From Raillietiella orientalis (Eukaryota), in contig JAYWIR010000019.1 of NCBI GenBank assembly GCA_036172245.1, positions 1,860,001 through 1,924,000 on the forward strand: 64,000 nucleotides of DNA. Direction: 5' to 3'. The notes under the pieces were generated by a model. It saw nothing but the letters and a program-made list of their open reading frames with translations, had not been told where the DNA came from and searched no databases. Position numbers and translations under genes: made by a program. Of this stretch, positions 49,001 through 62,559 are shown piece after piece (positions within the stretch are counted from its first letter, which is position 1; each line of letters begins with the position of its first letter).

Positions 49001-50149
49001 CGGAGTTCCTCCTCTGAATGATGCAAGACGTAGTAACAAGACGTGTAGTGTATCAATACTTTTGAAAGGTCACTTGAAGACCATTAGAACTCTGTTTTAG
49101 AAAAGATGTCAAGAGCTGGACGTGATTAAAAAAAAAACATTTCAAGTATTATTTTTAGCTAGAATGACGTCTGTGACGTTTCAAACATGAAGGCCAAAAG
49201 TTTACGTAAATCTTGAATTTACGTAAAATTTTGATGAATCACGGTTTTCACGAGGTATTCTGTGTTGAAGCCATTAAGATGCATAATATGGGATGAAGAA
49301 CATGACTTTGTCATTGCTGAGTTATTTTGTTTCTGCAGTCTAAGAATCCTCTTCTTTTGTTTGTTATACTTACAAAGCAGAAAAAAAGGAAACACATTCA
49401 ATGTGGATTTTTTTTTTTTTCGTTTGATGTACTATGATTACTAGGAATAGAAATCCTGTGAAAGGCATAGGGATCACCATTGCACCACCAAAACAGAGAA
49501 ATTAAGGCGAGGAGAAGACCTAACAAAACTAATTCCTCTTTTTTTCCCGAAATATGTCCAAAGTTTCGTCTTGACCTTCGAGTGGTGGGCAGACCACAGC
49601 AGGAAAACTAAAAAAAAAAAAGAAAAAAAAAAGGACAAACCATTAATAACTTTTCAAAAGGCTCGTGGAATGTCACAAGAAAATGTAGAACAGACGTAAT
49701 CAAGAATCTATTAGAACAAAGTAGTATTTAACAGATAAGAGAAGATGAGTTTTTTTTTTTTTTTTACAAATATAAGTATTCCCTATAAAAGAAAAATACA
49801 AAAAACGAAATCAGTAAGTTTCCATAGCGTTCAGGGATTTATGAAAACTCAGTCAATATGACTCATATTTAGAATTCAAATGTTTCAATTTACCAGGAAG
49901 GGCAAAGAGAATGTATCCTTTTTCGGATGAACTCGGAAATCTATCACTAGTTGTGTGATTGTGCCATTCCCGTATGGATGTGAGAATTCTTGAAACATCC
50001 CCAACATCCCTCGTATTCAGGCTGAACAGAGATGACGAACTGTTCCGAGATCCGGATTTGGCATTCAGGAAACGTTACTTAGTTAAGCATGGTATAAATA
50101 CACAACAAGTATTAAGACGAAGATCATTAAAAATGGAAAACACACACAC

Positions 50150-50900
50150 AGAGAGAGCACTTTTTTTTATCACATTTTATTAATTCAAAACGGGATCCAT
50201 CTGACGTCCCTTGGCGCGGGATTCCAACTTCTGGCATGGCACTGGCGTAGTACTTTACGGGCATCTCCTTCAAACGCTCCGTCACAGCTATCTGAATGTC
50301 ATTGATGATGTCAATGCGGGCCTCTTTCATCTGCAATTTCATTTTGGGGAATTGGAAATAAGTCAGGAGGACACGGATCAGGCGAGTACAGGGGGTAGTC
50401 CAGCGTCGGGATCTCGTTTTCGTGCCCAAAACTCGCGTGTCCCTTTGCCCTCGTGACAGGCGACGTGGGACGAATCGCGCGCGCAGCTTCCGTTTCTTTG
50501 AGTCTTCGCGTGGAACGCGTAGCACCATAGTCTTCGGTACGCCTAGAGTTTCCACAATCATTCGAGAGGTCGGTCGTCGGTCGTATTGGGGTCGTCTTTC
50601 AGCGGCGGCGACGTTGTTTTCCTGTTGTTTTGCCGGGCAACTGCTGCGTTCGTTGTCTTTCACCGACCGTCTTCCATCTCGGAACCGCGCGCGTGCCGTC
50701 AAAAAATTTCCGAACTATTGTGGCTTCGGTTCTGTAGGGCCTTTTGAACGGGTGGCCACTGCGTCCGAAGCCGAGACCTACCACCACCACCTTCTTCCCT
50801 CGCGCCCATCTCGAAATCTTGGCAGAGGGCAAGAACGCAAGTTGCGCGAAACGCCTTTTCTTGGCGTCAACGGAACACACACTCACGCGGCTTTGTATAC
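50150..50900 (-). mobile_element. Internally deleted mariner element
   Basis: N-terminal HTH region (RFRDGRRSVKDNERS, DRRPTSRMIVETLGVPK, RKLRARFVPRRL) joined directly to the C-terminal region (YPLYSPDPCPPDLF, FPKMKLQMK, DIQIAVTERLK). The first two catalytic Asp motifs are missing. Confidence 0.8.
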
Positions 50901-51699
50901 TATTTGAGGAGGGTAAATGGTACACGGTCCCACTGCGCTATGGTACATGGCGTGACCAGCGTGGCCGTAAAAGATTCGATCCTAAAAAGCGTGGACCGAC
51001 CGCACTGTGTCTTTGCTGCATGGACTTACTCAGGGAATCGTGAACTGAAGTTGAAGAATGGCTGAGGATTCCAACTAGTCAAGTCAGTTAACTGCGTTTT
51101 ATTCGTCGTCCTGCGAAATATATATTTCACGCTCTTTATGGTGTCTCCGATTAAAAACAGTGAGACCTTCGATTTTTTGTTTTTTTTTCGAGATCGAATG
51201 ATTCTTTTTGCATTTTGCATAATTTTGGAATGCATATAGATTTCCGTCTCTTGCACAATTCAATGCAGGGAACAAGTCGATACTTAATTTATTTTTTGTT
51301 CTCACATTGGACCACATTTTTTAAGATCAGCAAAACCATTCTCCTCAGTCTCCCGTCAAGGATTGTCGAAGGTTGGAATAAGTGGATCGGAACTGCAATA
51401 AACACCAAGGGTTATCAAAAATGCATGCAATGAATGTGAAATGGGCATGAATGCTGATGTATGGCAAGGAAACCGAAAAAAATGAGAAAAAATTCTAGCT
51501 TTGTGTTTTCATTCGCAAGAAAATTCATGACATCTGAGTTTGTTATATCCAGATTTATCCTTTGCGGTGTTCAAAATGCCGAGTTCCTTCTTTTTCTTTT
51601 TTTTATTTTTTGATAGGATTCCGGTGACGATCTCCTGTGATTAAGACCACATCGAATAATTCAACGGAACATCAGTAGGTCCACAATGTCTTTGAATTC

Positions 51700-52050
51700 G
51701 GAATTTTTTTTGATTACGTTGCTGAGAAGTCCGTTACTTGGATACATTTCTTGTTTCTAATGGATAATTTTCTTGAGTGTATCCTGAGTTAGGTATGCCG
51801 GATTTTCCAATGGATCTGAAATCAGAGTCATTAGGAGACTTCAAAAATAATTTATACTCAGTTGCATTAAAAATGATGATGCCGTTCTTCTAGGATACTT
51901 TACATCCTGGCAATAAATCTTACCACTGTTATAAATGTTTCATGCGTACGCAAGCGTGCTTATTTGATATTTATGAGTATTCACGTGTACAATAAGTTAG
52001 GAAGGTAGGCAAATAATTTGCAGCGGCGTGGGATTGCCAATTTATCATCC
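51700..52050 (-). mobile_element. Possible decayed LINE RT fragment
   Basis: Minus-strand LAYA* (cf. YADD), then NGIIIFNATEYKL and LRIHSRKLSI, in RT C-terminal order. Confidence 0.3.
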
Positions 52051-53999
52051 AGCTCTACAGAACTGCGAGAATGAATTCATTAACCAATTAGTAAATCACT
52101 TTTTCCCGTTCAGAGTGTCATCTGAATTGAATTGCACAAACACTAAGCAAAAGCAATCATTTACGATGATTTTCAGTGGACGCTGAGTCGCCAGCAAACT
52201 GAGATTTTAATACCGGAAATTCCACGAAGAATCCCTGATGTGCCACCGATTCAGTGTTCTCACTGATTCTGATGTATCTCAGTGAACTGGTCACCATCAG
52301 AGCGACCAATTCTGAGTATCTTTGACTCCAGAAATTTTCAAGAAACTTTATCCTAAACCTTATTCCTGTTAGCAGCTATACTGTTAACTCGGAAAACAGA
52401 ATCGCTCGGACTTGACGGGGAATCCATTTAGTAAACATATGAGATGTGGCAACTGTCACATACACACACAAATATAACTTTTTGGGAAAAGTATCCTCTT
52501 CGATGCAAAGAGAAAAAAGATCTCCTCTTTGTCATCAACAAATATATGTATAGTTGAATTGGAGCTGCTTTCGAAGTTGCGGTAATTCCGAACGGCGGCA
52601 CGCATGCCGAGGGCCTAGGCGCGCGCGGCCTGTGGATGCCATCTTTAAAAAAAACGCGCTGCACGGGTGGGAAATCGCCCCCCTTGCCGGGTTACCAAAT
52701 TTTAAAATGGTCGTTGTGCAAGCGGATAACGTGGGCTGGATTCCCAGCAGTGTGCTCCTCGACCAGCGTTTGTTACCCGCTGGCAAAGAGTAAATGGTCA
52801 GCAGAATCAAGCGGAACAAGCTGCCCATCTACAACCCCGAGCTCCTGTTTGCAACTCTGCACAGTTTTTGCCATTTCAGGTATGAGAAATCTCCGCTCTT
52901 GCAACTCGGACCATTTCCCTCCACCCATTTCTTATATCGCATTGACGTTAGTTTCTCGTTCTTGCTATTTTTTAAAATCCGTCCTTAAGCAGGCGTCGTT
53001 CAAACGTGCGGCGACTGCTTCAGTCGTATTTATAAAGAAATATATATATATATATATAGTAGATTTCACGTATCTGTATCTATTCTGTACAAATACGAAC
53101 GACAGCAGCACAGGTGTGCTAAGCCTAAGAGCGCAGCCTGTGAATGCCCTGCCAAGAAACCTCATTGCAGAGGTGCGAAATCCTTGCTGGGTTAATAAAA
53201 TGCGGTAGATATATATACATATATTTATATATTACTACTACCGAGTTTGGCAATATGAAATCTAGCAATTTCGATCTCCCTCTGTGTGTTTGATCAGATT
53301 TACTAGCTGTCACTCCAATCTTCCGACAGTAAGAGGTTATAAACGAGCATCCATTATTAGGATGTAACCTAAAACACTGTCAAGTCTTCTCTCGCTCTCT
53401 TCGGCTCAATTTGTTTATAATCTTGAGGACATTCTTTTTTTTTTTTTTTTTTGATGGCAGCAGCGCCATCACGGAGCGGAGAAAATGAAACGTCAGCAAT
53501 CTCCTGTTAAAGTGAAATCCAGTAGGTTTCCTCCTGGCGAAGATGAGGAAACAATTTCAAAGTTCATACGTGCAGACAGACAGAAGAAAATGATGCACGT
53601 CGCCTGGATCTGCAGTCTATAAGTGAAGTACCAGAACCAAAATAACTGTCATTATTCTCCGATGCGGATAAAGAAAAGATGAAGACAAAAGAAATGAGAT
53701 CGAGGGAGAGAGGAGACAGGCCTCAGAACTGGGATCGCAGAAATAAGAAAAACCAACAGGAGAACTCGTGATGGTTTGGCTCATCGAGCGGAATTGAAAG
53801 CGTAGCAACGTACCTCTTTGCAGCAGATAAAGACAACATGCTGACCCTGACACAATTATCGCCCTTATTCTCGAGGCATGCGGAAGGCCACAGAAAAGTT
53901 TGCACAGACAGATCTTCCGTTTTCCATCATGCAGTTCATGGGTTTCAGGCTGATGTTGGCATTCTTACTTTAAAAATGTTGCCTTCTCTGCGAGTTTAA

Positions 54000-56900
54000 T
54001 TAGAAGGTGCAATTACCTTCATTGCACGTCTGCAGCGAGCCCGCGGGCCGGTAATACAACTAACAGTGGTGAATCGATGAGCTCAATAGAGACAGCAAGG
54101 CACTCGAGACAAGTCTACAGATTTGGGGCTCTGAGAGGATTCGGAGGGTTTTGGTGAGCATCGAAAAAGAGTGGAGAGCACGCTGCTACAAAGGGGCAAG
54201 AAGAAAGGAAGCAATCGTAGGCCGTCATCCCAAGAGAAAAAGCGTGCCCGCAGCCCGAAAACAGTCTCTCAGATCGAGTACTGACTACCCATCGAGAGCA
54301 CTGTCTTTGCCACCGGTGCTGGTGAGCCTCCCAGCAGGCCGTGAACCGCGAATCCATCGAGGTCGTGGTGAGTCGTGGACGAAGGTGCTTAACCGCTCCG
54401 GCTGGCGTCTCTCTGGAAGGGGACAGCCCTAGACAGCTGGACACAGCCGATCAGTGGCAGCAAGAGGACAAATCTGCGCGGTCCGCAGAACTCTGGAGCG
54501 AAACAACAACCGCGAAATTGGGCGAAGAATTCGGACTTGGTCATGGGAGGAGGACGATTTTTCTCCAAGCAGAGCAATGCTTTGGTAGAAGGGATACCGG
54601 CGACTGCTTTGGAGTTGCTGCTTTGCTGTGACGAATTTCAGAAGAGCCGCCTTTCTGTGCTGCTTATGGAAAGTTGTTTCTGTTCTTCTCAGAGTTAGAT
54701 TCCTCAAGGAGAACTCTCTCCTCCAGAGAGAATACCAGCATCAGTGTCTTATTTCCATACTCTCTTGATAGCATTACTGGGATAGGATGGGAAGAAGAAC
54801 TGGAGCATTTTCCAGGTGCACTCCCATGAGTTGCTTGGATTCCATCTGGAGTAGGGAGAGTGGGGAAGGGAGTAGGAAGAAGAGGAAGGAATTGGCATTG
54901 CTCCTAGCATTAGACGCACGGCAGCATGGAATATGATGAAGAAGGTGCACATCGCTGCTCCGGAGAGAAGTGGCACCCAGGAGTTCTTGCGGCGACCCCC
55001 CTTTTCTGGTTCGCTCTTTAGCTTCCTTTTGAGCACACTTCAGTACGGCGTGCGATGCTGCGATAACTCTGATGTTGATCGGCAGCAACACCGAATTCGC
55101 AGAATCCATTCCGGCAGCTTCTCGATTTCTCCATGAAAGAACGTCCGCCTTCCTTCTCCTCGGACCCGGCAAAGCTCAGGACCTCCACGCAGATGTCTCG
55201 TAGGAGCAGCCAGCCGGAAGGCGCGGTCGGGATGTGCAACGTCTCTCCCAACGACGGCGGCAGCTTAGTTTACCCATCCTCCCCTGAGCGGCGAACGCTC
55301 TTCCTGTCCTGCGAAAGTCCACCGTTCCTCTTTCTCCATCTTTGGGTCTTCGAGATGCATTCAGGCTTTCAGCCACAGATCATCTAGTTGAGCCGATTTC
55401 AATAAAGAGTCGAAAAGATCGAGACTGCGAGGAATCATCTTCTTGTCCTTCTCATGCGATTCTGTGCAAAGCCTCGGAGGAAGACGTGGCAACTCTCATT
55501 CTTCCTCGCAAGCGCTTTGTTTCTATCAGAAATTCCAAGTCCCGTATCTGCATCTGCATCCATTTTTTCTGGAGAGGTTGGCTTTGTTCCCACCACAAGT
55601 GGTCCATTGCGATCCTTCCTGTTCCCTCGACTCGTACCCTGCCGCCATCCTTCTCCTGTGTGCAAGGACTCAGGAAAGAACTGGCTTCCTAACAGTGGTC
55701 ACGCTTGCACTTCGCAGTAATTTCCTCTTCCGTGGATCGAGTTTCTCGCCACAGCTCCTTTCAGTGTGCCAATCTCTCAGAAGGATCCTCGAACCGAAAC
55801 TGCATGCCAAGAGCTCTCGCTTTGCTAAGGAGAGAAACGGGTCTTGAGGAATGGATTTTGCGGCGCTGGAAGACGTTCGGCATCCTCTTCACTTCAGCGA
55901 CATAACTGTCCCGTAACGAGCACTTTGCTCCTCTTCCTCCTTTCTGGTCCGCTGACTCCCTATCCACTTTGCTGAAGTCCAGTACTCATGCATTCAGCTG
56001 CTCACCGGTGAAAGAAGCCAACAGAACGAATAAATGTCTTTTCCTACCTTGTCTTCAAGGTCGTCTCTGGTTGACAATGTCACCATTTCTTTTCTTTTCT
56101 TTTTTTTAGAGATTCCTTCCATTTCCCGAATCTTTTTTTTTCCACCAAAGTTCTTCTGAAACTCTGCAAAGGTGCCGCATTCCTTGTTTCTTATCTTCTA
56201 TGGATAAGCAGTCTGAGACAAACAGCATCCTTCGTTCCTTCGTCCTAAATAGGCGCTCCTGACGTTCGTGCAACACCCTCTGCAAAATCAAATCTTCCCT
56301 ACTGCTTCGCTGCATATTCCAAATGCACCACTCTCGATTAGGCCATCATCGGATCGTGTCAGGATATCTGCATAATCCAGTAGCGGTGCATCTTGGACAC
56401 TTTTCTCCGTGGAATCGTGCCGTCTCTCAAGAAGAGAACGGGGCCGCAAAGACTTCAGCGTGTCTTTCAAGAAACGAACCGCAGGATTTCAAGAGTTGCG
56501 TCTTTTCGATCCGCTCGTGTTCCTTACGTGAACCTCGTAATACACTAATAATGCTTAATAAGTAATGCACGGATGACCCCTGGATTCACTCTCGGATAGA
56601 GAAACATATGCTACTAGCCGACATCTCTCGAAGACTCTTACCCTTGCACAGTCCTTGGTTTTCGCGTTCTCCTACGTGATTCAGTTTTCTTCTGCTCTTC
56701 CCAAAGATGCTCGAAAGCAGAGACAAACTTAACTCCGGCTTTCTGGACACGCTTACGGCATTGTGATTTAAAAGTTTTCCTGCTCATTGGCTGCGTTCCA
56801 TCGGATGCTCTTGTACGCGGGTGGAAGTAATCATGGAAATGCAGGAAAGGATGAGGAAGGATGAGCCATATGTGCACAAAATGCTTTAGAATTTTTATTT

Positions 56901-59700
56901 AATCGAAGAGGATTGTTTCTTCTCTTCTTTTTCGAATGACCGGTCTTTGTGAAATAAGGCCCAACAAATTCCAGAAACATCAAGGGAATCAGGAAAAAGA
57001 AATTCGCACATGAAAAAATCTCAATTACGTCGAGTCTAAATTTGTGAGGCCCTTAACTTTGAGCTTACTAAGAGTCCCGGATGAAACGGGATTGGTGACT
57101 GGCAGTTGCCAGCCAAGTTTCCTTAACTTCATGAAGCTCACGTGGCCATGGCCTCTTGGGAAAGCGAACCGATCTTTCCCGAGCATCAACTAGAAACATT
57201 TGTACGGGAGAACGAAATCACCGGGTCTAACCAAGAAGCAGCAGCAGCAGCAACCCTGGCGACACTTTAAAAACTGGCTCTAATACAAAGGTTCCCTACT
57301 CTGCTTGTCAAAAAAGATAAAGTAATAATATATTGGGTTTGAATTCACAGATTTCGAACATTCCTTTCTTAGTCACTTGGTCGAAATTCTCGTTTGGAAA
57401 CATGAAAAGTCACCAACTGAGGATGGCACCCTCCTTTATCACCAAACGCGACTCCTTCATAGTGTGTAGCTTGGTTTTATTCAGATCATCGCATCTACAG
57501 CCTCTTTCATTACCACAGAAGGGGGGAGAAGGCGCGATTTCATGGAGACAGAAACAGCCAGCGACACGCCTCCCACATCCCCATCTAGTGAAAGCTGGTT
57601 CGTTACCTCTTGCTTTGAGAACCGTCATACATTCTGAAACCACGCTTCGCAAGTTCTTCGTGGGGTAAAATTTCTCGATGACCGAACTGATTTTCTGCAT
57701 CCTCAGCTGCCGTTGCTCCAAAAGAGGGATTTCTTACAGTTGTGGGATGCGTTCTGTTCTTCTTTTTAATGCTGGAAAAAAGAACACAAGCTTAAATGAT
57801 TCCTTCCGATCTCGGTTTGCGCTAGATAGAGTTTCCTCTATTGGATATCTGTGCACTACTATTCAAAATCAATGTCCCCTTGGATGGATTTTCCGTCTCC
57901 ATTAGCATGTCATCCATGTCTTATTATACTTCCTTTTACTCGCGAAAGATGTGACGGTCACACAGGGCATGCTGAACGGCGGCGAATGTATGATTTATGT
58001 GGACACCATTTTCGTTTAATTAAACACGGGATCGTTAGCAGAAACATCATTTGTCCCTTTTGCATCGGTACACGCTAAGAAGGGTCCGATCCATCATGGC
58101 AAAACGAGCGGAGATCGCAGGTACTCAGCATCCCATTGACACGACGTAAATGCGCGGGCCGTCGCGGACGGAAGGATTCGAGGACAGCTCCGTGCTCTTT
58201 TCCTCGAAGGTCACGCCGTCTTTTCTCTCACTCAGGGAGTTCCTTCGCACGGACAGTGGACCCATAATGGTCTTGTGAGTGTCCGTGTAAAAGCAAGGAG
58301 TCACGGTAGCCTTGGCTAGAAAGGACAAAGGATACCCCGACCAATCCCACGCGAACAATGGCAGCGCTGCCGCTTGTACGGTCAATGTATGGTTGTGTAC
58401 GGTCTCTGGGTGCAGTGCACAGAGAAGCTGTTTCTTTGCAAAAGTCGGCAGGCACGAACAACGAGACTGCGTTGTCTCATAACCCCAAAGGATGCAGCGG
58501 TTCTCCTCCACGCGCGCCGAACCCGAGGAATGGTGGGTGGCGTCAAAAATACGAACCGACTCGAAAGGACAATCTTGGGAAAGAAAAACGAAAGCTTGTG
58601 CGCGGGCCTCATGAGGATTGCCTGCGTTACACAATGGCGATGATCTCTTCCAGTCAACTCGGTGGCGCTGTCGGTGTTTCCATGTTGTGCGTTTTTTCTT
58701 CCTTTGCACCGCGTTTCCATTTCCCGGGAACTTCCGTCTGCCCGTGCTGACGAACAGGCAAAGACGTTTCTGCCACGTCCTGTCCCCTTCTCTGCTTGCT
58801 CCGGGGGTGGCCAGTGAGATGCCATTGGAAGCGGCTGCCCACCTACAATGGAATCAGGAGACCCAAAGCCTGCAAGAGCTGCGCCAAGAGAGTGTCGACA
58901 ACTGATTCTGAACAACGCTTCATCTCGAAGCAAGCGAGACTGCTCCTTTTGAAGATTCTTTCAGGAAGATCTAAACATCTTCTGCCCCTCATCCGACGAC
59001 GTGAAGCTCTTCAGTAGTTGATGACGAGATCCTCCCGTTCAAAAAACAACAACAGAAAAAAGCAAAAGTACGTAAAACCGTGGCACAGCTGACGGTGGCG
59101 GCGAAACTGGCGCAAACGGTGAATGCTTTGCGGTTTCCACAAGGCGGAAAGAGAGCGAGACGACCTTTAACGCGTACGGATGGTCAGTGGATTGCTAGAG
59201 AGAGTCCTAATGCGAATATCCGGACTGTGCAGCTCTGGGCTCTTCCAGGACTCACTGTTATGAAAACGTGCTGCCCGACACAGCCTATCAGTCGCGCCGC
59301 TGCCAGCACGCTAGCAGCGCGACAGTAGCCCCTGATGGTGATCCAGTCTTGGGGGGGTTGCAGCTTCATATGGACCAAGTGGAAGTTCTTTCCTCTGAAG
59401 GCGGCCCGTTTTGCCTGCCCGGCTTCGGGATGGCGAGACCATCCAGCTCGCTGTCACGGCAACCGAGGGCCCCGTGGAATCTGGACGCATGTGATTTATT
59501 GCAACTGTAGAAACAGAGCATGCCCGTGCTTACAAGCATCGGATCTCTAGAACCTCCCATTACCCATCTTAGAGTACCCATCAATAGTGTCGCTCCCACG
59601 ACGGCTCAGTGATGCAATCGTAGAGCAATAAGAAGAATGCAAAACGATAAGAATCCCAGATCATATAAACCACCGAAGTAACAGGGAAGGTGATTTCTAG
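54000..59700 (-). mobile_element. Heavily decayed non-LTR retrotransposon ORF2 (APE endonuclease + RT; L2/Crack/Daphne-like)
   Basis: Colinear minus-strand remnants: ELDGLAI/TIRGY (~59450-59320), NRCILW and WDWS...FY (~58500-58285), LKSLRPR...APLL (~56460-56375), LDFSKVDR (55983-55960), KQLMGVHLE (~54838-54810). Clade assignment is tentative. Confidence 0.55.
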
Positions 59701-62559
59701 CCCACCTTCTTTCACCGCGATGTGAACATTCTCGACTCGTGAACGATGCAAAATGGGTGACTCCAAGCGCGAAGCGTCTGATTTTCCTCCCCACGCAGCG
59801 TTTTTCTGCTTCTTGGTACCTCCATGAAAAGAAGATACCTACTGACTGTACATCCTTTATGAACAAAAAGCGCTCAGAATCCGCAGCAGTCATCGCATCC
59901 CACTCTAGCTCACCAACTGTCATCGTCATCCGCTCAAAATGGCAAATGTGATGATCGCCACGAACACCTGGCGATCATCAGATTCCATCAGTTCCCAGAT
60001 TGCTGTCAACAAGAACAACTCAAAAGTAAAGATCAGGATCGGAAGGGGGAGAACAGGAGGAGGGAGAAAGGAGAAAGACCTGTTCCTCTCGAAGGGGGAA
60101 AGTCCCGCATTTTTCGAAACCCACTCCTCCTTTCTCGCCTCCTTACGGAAGCCTCTCGGGTCGCCGGTCAGGTGCAGCGCGTTGTGTCGCTTCCTCGCTC
60201 GCTGTGCTTTGGCTCCTTCGCGGAGGCGAGCTCGGACCGAGAAACTTTAGGCAGGCGGGGAAGGGGGAGGGAGCGCTCCTGCGCTGGAGACGGACGGGTG
60301 AAGCCCCACGCGAGTGGCGGGCCGAGCAAGGCAGCCAAGCATCTTTTACCTTCGAATCTCCTTGAGCAAGTAGCAGAACCCGATGCATAGGAGGAGCAGG
60401 ATGCCTCCCGCCACTCCGGCTGCGATATAGAACTGGTCTCTTAAGGGAATCAAGGGGGAGGGTGTGACAGTTGTAGCCTGAAACTCCAAAACAAAACAAT
60501 AACAGCAGCAATTCGCAGAAACCAATTCACAAGAGGGAAAGGCCAGCAGGATGCTGACAGGGAGGCACTAGGGACCCTCGGGTCAGACTGCACTAAGACA
60601 GGTCAACGAACTCACAAGAAATATCACTCACAAAAAAAAGGGGGGAAGGAAATAAAAACATAGGAGGAAGAAGGGAGAGGGACTTCTGACGGCTGGTTGC
60701 CTCCCAGTCGAATCAGAACTCAGGACTCCAGTGGTGAAACGACGACGGAAAAACCCAACTGCAGCTGATACCGTCAGCCTTTACGCACAGGGGAGGGAGG
60801 ACTTTTCGGTGAGGAGACAGTCCGCCTCAGGTGTGACCCACCGGTCACCCATCCAAGGCCGGCTTAGGGTTCAACAGTTCCCGGACGGGAGATTTCGAGC
60901 CCTGCAGGCGGAAAACGGGAGATATTTGGAGGAAGGGGGGGGGGGGGAGGGAGAGGAAAGGGAGGCGGCATCTTCAGAGGCATTCTGGGTCGCAGCTCAA
61001 GACCGCTGTACCGAAGGAAATGCCCTCGGGGACATCCCACCTCCTTTACCCGGTGCCCGGTGAACTGCCGTCGATCGCACCAAAGGAGTCGAGTCGACCT
61101 TCCTGTCGGTCCGCGATCCCTTTTAACGTAACTCTCAACTGTGCACAGCCCCGTGTGCCTTTGGAGTGATCCCCCACCCTCCGTTGGTTTGTCCCAATGG
61201 GTTCATTCGTTTCTTTGACGCCCTTTTTGCCCAAATCCAAGCAGCCGGTCCATGCGTGGATTTTGCATCTTGCATGCTATCGCTTCCACATCATTCATTC
61301 TAACAGTTCTCTGGTCGGGAGCCTGTTCTTGGGTTTGCAGGTCTCTGAAAAAAAGGAGAAAAAAAAAGGAACGTTCTGGACCGAGATGAAACACAGGTGT
61401 TCCCTTCTCCCTGTAGCTCCTCGAAATTCCTCTTGGTGGGAAAGGTTCCCGATGCCCCGAAGCTCACTCAGGTGCGAGTCTTGGAATCAAGACAGAACTG
61501 TCCGCTTCCTCACTCCATTCCGAGTTCATCTGGGAGCCCTTCCTTCCAGTCCCCGGGTCAAATACTTCCTTACGTATAGAGGGAATAGAGTGATCCAGCA
61601 CTAGGTAATTGCCTTGTCAGCTGGTTCACTGCTTTTTCGTCGCATATTTGACTCGGAAGTTAGCTCTGGGATTCTGTGGGTAGCCCTTTCGCCTCCCACT
61701 TGCTGATGCTCGTGCATCGTGCACGTGTTTGTCGTCCTCGGATGGAATCTGCATCTTTCTGACAGAGCTTTCCACGCAGCCACCCTCGGCAAATAGGCTG
61801 GCTCACGAGAGGTGCCTCATTATCTCAAAGAGGCGCGTCTTTCGCCCCTCCTCCGCGCACACGCCGCCTGCCTTGCTCTGCCAGCTCCCAGAAGATCTGC
61901 TGAAAAGATCTGCTTTCGGTTCCAGCTGCCCGCTTGCACGCTCGGGAAATCTGAAGGCGTGGTCGACCTACGTGCGCCAGCGAATCTGCGCGCGGTGAAC
62001 TTTAGCTCCATCTCCGCGGGCACACGTCAAGATGGAGCGTTTGCCTCCGTCTTGTTCAAGAGGGAGACCCCGAGCAACCTGTTGAGTGGAGCTGGTCACC
62101 GGGCCGAAGATGCCTTGCACGGCCACGCGAGCGAAAAGACACCATCCGCTCTTCGAGTGATTCCCTTCGGAGGGAGAGGTCGACCACCAGGAACGAAAAG
62201 TCTCCACGCGGTAGAAGTTCAAAACCGGGTGGGAGTGCACTATGGAGGACACTGAGGGTGGTCGCAGCGTCCGGTTTTCCCGTCTGGAAGGTTCCCTTCG
62301 ATTGAACGTCTTCGTTCGGAAAGCAGCGACTCGTGTGACGTCCCTCGACGCCGAGGAAGACACTCGGGAGGAAACTCTCTGGTCTGCTGCACACTGAAGA
62401 AGCCCACCCACAAAAGTCTCTCAGCGATGAAGGAAGGCCTACGGAAAACTCGGCCGCAGGCCAGGCAGGGAGCAGAAAGCAACGTAAAGAGAATTTCCCA
62501 TTTTGCTGCTCCGCATCAGCTTCCGTATCCCAAGATGCGGTGTTCGCGGTGACCTGTGG

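Noticed and set aside
50948..50985. A-box-like and B-box-like motifs suggesting a tRNA or SINE head
   Set aside because: Spacing is too short and no cloverleaf forms.
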